This document shows, in pieces, positions 56,795 through 64,000 of a stretch of 64,000 nt of DNA. Where the stretch lies: contig BTVY01000008.1 in NCBI GenBank assembly GCA_045863335.1, positions 64,001-128,000 of the forward strand. Direction: 5' to 3'. The notes below the pieces were generated by a model. It did no database searches and was not told where the DNA came from. It saw nothing but the letters and a program-made list of their open reading frames with translations. Position numbers and translations under genes: made by a program. This stretch comes from Candidatus Hydrogenedentota bacterium. Lineage in GTDB: Bacteria > Hydrogenedentota > Hydrogenedentia > Hydrogenedentales > SLHB01. Positions within the stretch are counted from its first letter, which is position 1. Each line of letters opens with the position of its first letter.

Positions 56795-59044
56795 ATGCGG
56801 TGGTTCGGCATCCTAACAACGGTCGCTATCGGTGTTTTTTCCGAAGCGGATCTTGCGACGACGCGTTTGGAGAACCCGTCACTATCCATCACGCTGACGC
56901 CGGACACCGGAAGCCTAGTCCAAATTACGGATCGCGCATTGTCTCAAGCTTTTATGGCCACGGAGGCGACAGCATCGCTCTGGCAGGTGGAACTGATGGA
57001 CGGATCTGTTGTTGAGCCCGAGTCGGCGACCCGGACCTCCTGCGCTGTGCAAGAAGATGACGCACATGGCGTTCTCATGACGTGGTCGGGTTTTGGGATT
57101 GAGCGTGCGCCGGATTTCCGCGTAGAGGTGCGGATCACAATGGTTGCGGAAGAACCGGTAAGCCGATGGCGAATCGCGATTCGCGGGATCGGGAACATCG
57201 CGCCGCGCCGGATTATCTTTCCCCGCTTGGGCTCCCTCTCCGAGCAGCCGGGCGAAACGCTGGCGGTGCCGCAATGGATTGGCGAAGTAACGACCCAGGC
57301 GCGGACGATGCTTAACCCGGCAAGTGGAGAGTCGCGACGGCGCGAATGGGAGTATCCCGGCACGCTGTCGATGCAGTTCCTCACGGTGTATGGCGATCAC
57401 GCGGGGCTGCTGTTGTCGGCGGACGATACCGCGTTGAAAGCGAAGCGATTCGCGGTATTCGGCGGCGGCAGCCTGGGCATGGAGGTTTCCCATCTGGTTC
57501 CGTTGGGCCAGAAAGCGCAGGATAATTTCGAGCCGGGTTACGACGTCTTGCTGCAAACTTTCGATGGCGACTGGTATACGGCGGCCGCATTGTACCGCGA
57601 GTGGGCGATCAAGCAATGGTGGGTCGAACAGAGCCGCGTGCGGACCGGACAGGTGCCGGATTGGGTGCGCGACACAGGATTGTGGGTGTGGAACCGTGGC
57701 CCTTCGCCGGGGGTTCTCGGTCCGGCAATCGCGTTGCAGCAATACTCGGACTTGCCGGTAAGCGTGTTCTGGCACTGGTGGCATGGGTGCGCGTACGACG
57801 TGGGGTTTCCCGAGTACCTGCCGCCGCGCGAAGGAGCCGAACCCTTTCGCGAAGCCGTCGCCGACGCGCAGACTCACGGTATCAATGCCATCGTGTACAT
57901 GAACCAGCGGCTATGGGGAATGACCACGGAAAGCTGGAAGGAGCGCGATGCGGCCCGCTATGCGGTCAAGCAGCCGGATGGTTCCATCGCGCCCGAGGTT
58001 TACAATACCTTCGTGAAAGCGCCGAACGCGTCCATGTGCATGGGCACGGAGTTCTGGCGGGACACGTACGCCACACTGGCCGGGGAAGTGGTTTGCGATC
58101 TCGGCGTTTCGGGCATCTATATGGACCAAGCCTGTTCGAGCCTCGCCTGTTATGACACGTCGCACGGCCATCCGCTTGGCGGCGGCACGTACTGGATGGA
58201 AGGGTTCAAGGCCCTGGAGAGCGATATCCGCGATCGCTGTGCAAAGGTGAAGGAAGTCGGGCTCGCCGGCGAGGGCTGTGGCGAGGCCTGGCTCCCCCAC
58301 CTCGACATGATGCTTTCGTTGCAGGTGAGTCTCGAACGCTACGCGGCGCCCGGGATGTGGGAGCCGGTGCCGTTGTTCAATGCAGTCTATCATGACGTGT
58401 CCACGCAATATGGAAACTACTCGTCGTTGACTCGACCGCCCTACGATGAACTGTGGCCGGAAGAGTTTGCGCCGAAGGAGCCCCTGGCCTTGTTGGACCG
58501 GAAGTTCGCGGCGCAGTTCCGGTTGGAGCACGCACGGTCCTTCGTGTGGGGACAACATCCCTCGCTCGCGAATTTCCGTGAGAATCAGTTGACCGAACGG
58601 GCGGAGGAACTCGACTTCCTGCTACGCATTGCCCGGCTGCGTCGGGCGGCGCTGAAGTACCTGCGTGACGGAGTTTTCCTACAGCCGCCGCAGATCGATG
58701 CGCCCATGATCGAGATTCCCATCTCACGATTGTCGATCTATGCGGGGCAACAGGACGCCGTTCAGGAGTACATGAAAAGTGTGCCGGCGGTCCTCGCAAG
58801 CGCGTGGTTGGCGGAAGATGGTAGCGTGGGCGTCGTCCTGGCCAACATCAGCGACGCGCCGCAGGCCGTGAAGACGACCCTGCCGAGCGAGGACTACCCT
58901 GTGGCGGACCGAGGGACGGTATACCGAATTCGGAGCGAAGGACGTGAAGAAACCGCACGCTATCGTGAAGGTTTGGCGGCCTTAGATGTCGAACTTGAAC
59001 CCCGCGATGTCCGCGTCTACGAAATCGCTAAAGAATCTCCATAG
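56795..59044 (+). CDS. DUF6259-like secreted putative glycoside hydrolase
   Basis: Signal peptide, N-terminal beta domain (YPGTLSMQF), Trp-rich barrel with GIYMDQ and GEG acidic motifs, PLFNAVYH. Confidence 0.65.
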   Translation: MRWFGILTTVAIGVFSEADLATTRLENPSLSITLTPDTGSLVQITDRALSQAFMATEATASLWQVELMDGSVVEPESATRTSCAVQEDDAHGVLMTWSGFGIERAPDFRVEVRITMVAEEPVSRWRIAIRGIGNIAPRRIIFPRLGSLSEQPGETLAVPQWIGEVTTQARTMLNPASGESRRREWEYPGTLSMQFLTVYGDHAGLLLSADDTALKAKRFAVFGGGSLGMEVSHLVPLGQKAQDNFEPGYDVLLQTFDGDWYTAAALYREWAIKQWWVEQSRVRTGQVPDWVRDTGLWVWNRGPSPGVLGPAIALQQYSDLPVSVFWHWWHGCAYDVGFPEYLPPREGAEPFREAVADAQTHGINAIVYMNQRLWGMTTESWKERDAARYAVKQPDGSIAPEVYNTFVKAPNASMCMGTEFWRDTYATLAGEVVCDLGVSGIYMDQACSSLACYDTSHGHPLGGGTYWMEGFKALESDIRDRCAKVKEVGLAGEGCGEAWLPHLDMMLSLQVSLERYAAPGMWEPVPLFNAVYHDVSTQYGNYSSLTRPPYDELWPEEFAPKEPLALLDRKFAAQFRLEHARSFVWGQHPSLANFRENQLTERAEELDFLLRIARLRRAALKYLRDGVFLQPPQIDAPMIEIPISRLSIYAGQQDAVQEYMKSVPAVLASAWLAEDGSVGVVLANISDAPQAVKTTLPSEDYPVADRGTVYRIRSEGREETARYREGLAALDVELEPRDVRVYEIAKESP

Positions 59045-59049
59045 CGCAA

Positions 59050-59163
59050 CAAGGGGAACGGGCGTCTCGCCCGTGATTGGGGTCGCACGCAGACTATCGA
59101 ATACCATGCGGCGCTGGAGAAGGAGAGAGCCTTTGGACACGGGCGGGACGCCCGTGCTCCTTG
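59050..59163. repeat. REP doublet (CACGGGCG-N-CGCCCGTG family)
   Basis: CAAGGGGAACGGGCGTCTCGCCCGTG (59050-59075) and CACGGGCGGGACGCCCGTGCTCCTTG (59138-59163), between convergent genes. Confidence 0.8.
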
Positions 59164-59193
59164 ATCGCACAACCTGAACAAACTTGTGTCTTT

Positions 59194-60018
59194 CTACTCT
59201 CCGCCTGCGTTCAACCACTCGCGATAGTAGGCATCGACGGCATTTTGCAGGAGGCGTTTGTGTGCTTCGGCGTTGGGATGAATACCGTCAGGGGAGATTC
59301 CTTTGGGCATGCCCGCGGCAGGGTCGCCTCCGGGTAGCGGAACCGATTTGGGCGGGTCTCCGAACCAGTATTGCAGCGTGCCCCAGTTGTCGACATACTC
59401 GCATCGGTCGAGTTCGTCCGCAAGTTGCTTCTTGCGCTCGCCGAGTTCACGCAGCCAGCCGTTCAGTTCGGCCGTGGTGGCACCGCCGAAGTCCATCTTC
59501 CAAAACTCGCGTGCCGCCTCGTAATCGAGGAAATCGTAGTCGGCAATGGTAACCCGGATGGTCTCGCGGACCGTGGTACAACTCTCGACGATGATGCGAA
59601 TGTCCGCGATAATGGTATCCCAGACTTCTTGACGCTCCGCGGGGGTCTTGCCTGCGAGATTCCCTTGAAGGGCTTGCGTCAGGAAGTCGTTGCCTCCGAT
59701 CATCAAGTGAACGATGTCGATGGTGGGGTGTTTTTCCAACTCGGCGGTGATCTCGGCGAGCCGTTCCGGTTTGGCCCAATCCGACGCCTTACGACCACCC
59801 CATGCGGTAACTTCGCCCTGAGTTTCCCAAGCGCCTAGATCGTTTTCAGCGAGCACCTCGTCGAACACGTCCGGAGCGGGGAAACCGTCCCGGTTCTCGG
59901 CGGAGATGGACGCGGCCCAGCTGTCCCCAACGATAAGAATGCGTTTGGTTGGCTCGGCGGCGTGAACGAAGCCGACGAGGCACAAGCATACGATGAGTGC
60001 GCGAATCAATCCTGGCAT
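59194..60018 (-). CDS. secreted SGNH/GDSL hydrolase
   Basis: Start MPGLIRAL (60018); VGDSW, IGGND, DGIHPN. Confidence 0.88.
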   Translation of the reverse strand: MPGLIRALIVCLCLVGFVHAAEPTKRILIVGDSWAASISAENRDGFPAPDVFDEVLAENDLGAWETQGEVTAWGGRKASDWAKPERLAEITAELEKHPTIDIVHLMIGGNDFLTQALQGNLAGKTPAERQEVWDTIIADIRIIVESCTTVRETIRVTIADYDFLDYEAAREFWKMDFGGATTAELNGWLRELGERKKQLADELDRCEYVDNWGTLQYWFGDPPKSVPLPGGDPAAGMPKGISPDGIHPNAEAHKRLLQNAVDAYYREWLNAGGE

Positions 60019-60066
60019 GGGCGTAGCTCCTGGCAAAACAAGGTACTTCAGTATTCTGCGGAAGAT

Positions 60067-60099
60067 GGCCGGCCCGGCACCAGGGGCGCCGGACCGGCC
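60067..60099 (-). terminator. GC-rich hairpin downstream of the DUF1559 gene
   Basis: GGCCGGCCCGGCACC / GGCGCCGGACCGGCC imperfect stem; no clear U-tract. Confidence 0.35.
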
Positions 60100-60133
60100 G
60101 TATCGATGGCAGCCGGAAAATGCTAGGGGAGCA

Positions 60134-61138
60134 TCAACTGTCGACGAGTGCGCTGGTCGCGCCAATCCAACTGCTGAGGTTTTCGCCATATGTGCCAACA
60201 TCACTGTCCTTCGCGGGGTAATCGTCGTCGTAGCGCATGAAGCTCACGTGACCGTCGAAGTACAGGATGTTGACTCCGCCAGGAATGTGGTTGAAGGCCT
60301 GGATAGCAGGGAAATCCTGGCCGAGGACACTCAAAGCCGCTCCGCCGTAGGAGTCGAGCATGATCGGCAGTTCGGATTGGGCCGTCGAACTGCCGGCAGG
60401 ATTGTTGATGTCGGTGATGAAGTAACGCTCGACGCCTTCCCGCATCCGGTTATACTCGTTGGGGAGTGGGGCGCCATTGTCATCGGTCGTGCCGGTAACG
60501 CCGTCGCCACCGATGAGTGCGGTTTTCAAGGCTGCGGTCTCAAGGGTGTCCGGCAGTTCGTAATTCGGACGGGCTTCGATTGCCCACGTGCACCCGTACA
60601 GCTTGGCCGACGATTCTTCGGGTACGGTATACGCGCCGGAACCTGGGTTGAAGAACTTGTGCAGCGTCACGCCCACGATGACGTCTTTCAACCGGGACGA
60701 CGTATTAACGGCATAGGGGATGTAGTAGTAGGACGGAAGCATGCCGGTCAGCGAGTCCAGGCAAGCCTTCGCGTCCGGTTCGACCGGCGCCGACTCGGCC
60801 GCGAGCGCCAGCCGGTCGGTAAAGCCAAAGTCTGCGTTCGCATCTGACGGGCAGACCGCGATGTTCATATCCGTGAGGTACTCCGGATAGACCTGGACCC
60901 CGTCGATCCCCAAAACAAAGGTGTTACCAAAACGGGAGACCGGGGGAAGCAACTCGCCGTCACTTTCGTTGGAGTACATCTTAAAAACGAGTCCCCACTC
61001 CTTCAGGTTGTTCTGACATGACGCGCGGCGTGCTGCTTCCCTGGCTCTTGCTAAGGCCGGCAGCAGAATCGCGGCCAGAATGCCGATGATTGCGATTACG
61101 ACCAGCAATTCGATTAGTGTAAAACCTCTTCGTTGCAT
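60134..61138 (-). CDS. prepilin-type N-terminal cleavage protein with DUF1559 and H-X9-DG motif
   Basis: [50 protein letters not shown]; RBS GAGGAGG. Confidence 0.93.
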   Translation of the reverse strand: MQRRGFTLIELLVVIAIIGILAAILLPALARAREAARRASCQNNLKEWGLVFKMYSNESDGELLPPVSRFGNTFVLGIDGVQVYPEYLTDMNIAVCPSDANADFGFTDRLALAAESAPVEPDAKACLDSLTGMLPSYYYIPYAVNTSSRLKDVIVGVTLHKFFNPGSGAYTVPEESSAKLYGCTWAIEARPNYELPDTLETAALKTALIGGDGVTGTTDDNGAPLPNEYNRMREGVERYFITDINNPAGSSTAQSELPIMLDSYGGAALSVLGQDFPAIQAFNHIPGGVNILYFDGHVSFMRYDDDYPAKDSDVGTYGENLSSWIGATSALVDS

Positions 61139-61224
61139 TACTCCATCCTCCCTCGTTGATCGATGAGTCCTTTCCCGGAACCTTCGGGTACGCGCCCGAG
61201 CCCGAGTACCCGCAGTGGAGGGAG

Positions 61225-61240
61225 AGCAAGGTTGGTGCCA
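61225..61240 (-). promoter_or_regulatory. sigma54 promoter of the DUF1559 gene
   Basis: TGGCACCAACCTTGCT, canonical GG-N10-GC. Confidence 0.82.
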
Positions 61241-61269
61241 TCGGACCTGTCAATTCATAAAACATTTTA

Positions 61270-61379
61270 TAGCAGCAACTTAAAACACCTCCTCTTCTCG
61301 TATCGCACAGACAATTCTGTATCAACGGAAACACAATATGATACATAGTTGTTTCAATTGTGTATCAAAAAGTGATTCA
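61270..61379. promoter_or_regulatory. IHF-like site and phased upstream activator array
   Basis: TAGCAGCAACTTA at 61270-61282 (1 mismatch to WATCARNNNNTTR); TGWWWCA heptamers at 61318, 61339, 61350, 61361, 61373. Confidence 0.55.
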
Positions 61380-61509
61380 CATTGGGTATTGTGATTCTCG
61401 ACGCGTGATGCGCAAATCAGTGGGTACGCCTGTCCGCGATTGTAGCGCGGCGTAGGAAATGGGCGACGATTGCAGGAATGTGGGCGACCTAATCGCGTCT
61501 GCGATTGGG

Positions 61510-63246
61510 TCAGTCTCTCATGTTGGAGAGACGGCGATACAAGGTTGCCCGGCTGATGCCAAGGAGGCGGGCGGCTTTGGCTCGATTGCCACCTGCCCTT
61601 TCGATGGCCGCCTCGATTCGGTCATCTTCTGAGGTCGAGGTGGGAAATGCGCCAGCGGCCGGCGTTACGTCGGTTGTCGCCGCGCCTGATTCGAAGCTAC
61701 CGGGCATAGGCGCGGCAATCTCCGGTGGCAGGTCGGATACTTGAACCGAGGCGCCACGGCAGGAAATGGCGGCCGCCTCGACCGCGTTCTGGAGTTCCCG
61801 GACGTTTCCGGGCCACCCGTAGGTCATCATCGCTGAGCGGGCATCGGGACTGAAGCCGTCGACGGCCTTGCCGGTCTTCGCGACGAACCGGCGCAGAAAA
61901 CTGGAAGCGAGGAGGGGAATATCCTCGCGGCGGTTGCGCAAGGGAGGCAGCGAGATGCGCGCGACACGAATTCGGTACAGCAAGTCGCTGCGGAATTGGC
62001 CGCCGGCTACGGCTTGGGTGAGATTGTGATTGGTGGCGGACAACAGCCGGACGTCAATTCGTCGCGGCATCGATTCCCCTACCCGGACGATTTCCCGCTC
62101 CTGAACGACGCGGAGGAGCATGGTCTGAACGACGGGCGGTATGTCGCCGATTTCGTCGAGGAACAGCGTGCCGCCGCCGGCGGCCTCGAAGTAGCCCACG
62201 TGATCGCTGACCGCACCGGTGAACGCGCCCTTCTTGTGGCCAAAGAGCTGGCTTGCCAGGATGGATTCGGTGAGCCCGGCGCAGTTTACCGCGATGAACG
62301 GCTCGCCGGCGCGATGGCTCGAAAAATGGATGGCGCGAGCAACCAGTTCCTTGCCGGTACCGGTTTCGCCTTCGATCATGACGGTTGTATCGTAGCGCGC
62401 CAACTCTGCGATCTGCAGGAAAATGGACTGCATGGCATCGCTCTTGCCAATGAGATCGCAGAATTGCGCCTTGCCGTCAAGCAGTCTGCGCAAGCCATGC
62501 AGGTCCGAAACGTCGTACAACACGAGAATCCGGCGTTTCGCATCCCGCGGATCGTCGAGGACTTCGAGTTCCGTCCAATAGCGATACCCGTCGGAAGTTT
62601 CCCAGTGCAGCGGTAAGCGGGAGCGCTGGCGCGGGGGCAACTCCATCTGCTCCCGGATCGCGATGATGGTGTCCTCGTCAACCGGGAAGGCGTCCTCCCA
62701 CGGCGCGCGGAGCAGTCGTAACCGGGGCCGGCCAACGAGTTTCACGAACGCGTGGCTGACGAAGGACAGCACGTCCCCGTTGGCACTCGTAATGGCCGTG
62801 CCCGTTCGGAGTTCGTCGAGGATCGAGCGAACGTCGTCGCGACTTTGCGCAATCTGCTGTCGCAGACGGTGCGTTTCGATGGCGAAACGGATCGCCCGGT
62901 CCAGGAGTGGAGCGGACAGGCCGGCCTTGGTCAGGTACTCGACCGCACCGGCCGCCAGCATTTGCTCGTCGACCGCACGATCATCGACTGCCGTGAGCAT
63001 GATCACGGGGATGTGGACACCGCTCGTCCGAATGTAATCCAACACGTCCAACCCGGTTCGATCGCCGAGGAGATAGTCCAGAAGGATCACATCGTGCTCG
63101 TTTTCCCGTAGGATGGGAACGGCGTCCTCGAAGGAAGACGCCCATTTTAGGGCGTACGAAGAAGCCGGCATACTCTCGAAGAGATCGCGTGTAATCGCAT
63201 AGTCCGCCTTGTCGTCATCGATAAGTAATACATTGATCGTGTGCAT
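61510..63246 (-). CDS. sigma54-dependent response regulator (REC-PAS-AAA+-HTH)
   Basis: Start MHTINVLLIDDD; LLDY, GETGTGKE, GAFTGA, LFLDEIG, WPGNVREL, Fis HTH LGISRATLYRRL. Confidence 0.95.
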   Translation of the reverse strand: MHTINVLLIDDDKADYAITRDLFESMPASSYALKWASSFEDAVPILRENEHDVILLDYLLGDRTGLDVLDYIRTSGVHIPVIMLTAVDDRAVDEQMLAAGAVEYLTKAGLSAPLLDRAIRFAIETHRLRQQIAQSRDDVRSILDELRTGTAITSANGDVLSFVSHAFVKLVGRPRLRLLRAPWEDAFPVDEDTIIAIREQMELPPRQRSRLPLHWETSDGYRYWTELEVLDDPRDAKRRILVLYDVSDLHGLRRLLDGKAQFCDLIGKSDAMQSIFLQIAELARYDTTVMIEGETGTGKELVARAIHFSSHRAGEPFIAVNCAGLTESILASQLFGHKKGAFTGAVSDHVGYFEAAGGGTLFLDEIGDIPPVVQTMLLRVVQEREIVRVGESMPRRIDVRLLSATNHNLTQAVAGGQFRSDLLYRIRVARISLPPLRNRREDIPLLASSFLRRFVAKTGKAVDGFSPDARSAMMTYGWPGNVRELQNAVEAAAISCRGASVQVSDLPPEIAAPMPGSFESGAATTDVTPAAGAFPTSTSEDDRIEAAIERAGGNRAKAARLLGISRATLYRRLSNMRD

Positions 63247-64000
63247 TGATACTCTCGTACGTCGTGTGGGCGCTCTCGCGATCCGTTCTGGTAATTTCGG
63301 ATGCCTCTTCTGACGCGTCCCCGATATCATGGGCGACCGGAAGCGCGACGACGAACCGCGTTCCACGATCGGGGGCGGGCACGATCCGAATCGATCCGCC
63401 ATGCCGTTCGGCAATTTTGCGGCATACGGCCAGCCCTACTCCACTCCCCTCCCGAGACTCGCTGCCGTTCATTCGTTGAAACAACGCGAATATTCGATCG
63501 GCGTCTTCCGGGTTGATCCCGGGCCCGTTGTCTTGCACGCAGATGGCGCAGAATCCCGCGCGGCCTTCATGATCGGGAATCTCGCTGGGAAAAACCTGGA
63601 CCCGGGGTGTCGAATGGTCGTCGCCGTACTTCAATCCATTGTCGATGAGGTTCTGGAGCAGTTGCTTCATTTGCATCGGATCGGCGTCGATGGTGGGAAG
63701 GGGTTGAACGTCCACGGTGCCGCCGGTTTCGTGAATTCGGACGGTCAGATCCTCGACGGCGTCGAGTGCGATTTGCGTAAGATCCACGGTTGAAAAGGGG
63801 TTTCCGTGGGTCGTGACGCGGGACACCTGAAGGATATTGGTGATCAATCGTTGCATGCGTTCGGTGCACGAATCGATGAGATCGACGTACTCTTCGGCGC
63901 GGTTTTCATGGCCATCGCCCACAATTTTGCGGAGGCTCTCTGCGAGCACCCGGACTTTGCGGAGGGGCTCCTTGAGATCGTGGGATGCAATGACGGCGAA
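63215..64000 (-). CDS. sensor histidine kinase, C-terminal part (runs off window edge)
   Basis: In frame from the edge: FAVIASHDLKEPLRK H-box; NLIDNGLKY, DNGPG, FQR, GSGVGL. Confidence 0.93.
   Translation of the reverse strand, partial: FAVIASHDLKEPLRKVRVLAESLRKIVGDGHENRAEEYVDLIDSCTERMQRLITNILQVSRVTTHGNPFSTVDLTQIALDAVEDLTVRIHETGGTVDVQPLPTIDADPMQMKQLLQNLIDNGLKYGDDHSTPRVQVFPSEIPDHEGRAGFCAICVQDNGPGINPEDADRIFALFQRMNGSESREGSGVGLAVCRKIAERHGGSIRIVPAPDRGTRFVVALPVAHDIGDASEEASEITRTDRESAHTTYESINAHDQCITYR

Overview
GC-rich (roughly 60% by eye) bacterial chromosomal window, mostly housekeeping and envelope genes. A DUF1559/H-X9-DG prepilin-like gene, a DUF6259-like protein, a sulfatase, an FGE-domain lipoprotein and flagellar genes suggest Candidatus Hydrogenedentota or a PVC-like lineage (inference, not searched). 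Left to right: a dif-like XerCD site at 195-222; zapA/zapB-like, pheT, pheS, yggS; a PilG/H/I(Xap)-like TPR + ABC module; a DUF481 barrel; an AI-2E transporter; the rpmE-prfA-prmC-radC-psd-pssA string; a sigma54-type flgFGAHIJ-flgN-flgL operon with no flgK or flgM; 5-FTHF cyclo-ligase, miaA, mutL; a sugar ABC-IMPase-mtlD-E2-E3 cluster; a YfhO-like protein; ArfB; an ABC ATPase with Pro at the switch-His position; sulfatase; trpB2; fused glyQS; several secreted hydrolases; and a histidine kinase-bEBP-sigma54-DUF1559 module. The most unusual non-coding signal is a set of several different inverted-repeat 'doublet' families in intergenic DNA. One family has four ~165-bp copies with triplex-type C5TT/AAG5 arms, near-fixed arm spacing (96, 96, 96, 99 bp) and a conserved internal hairpin, while the rest of the spacer varies. 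No rRNA, tRNA, CRISPR array, transposase or integrase was recognised. All calls are from motif recognition only; no database searches were run.
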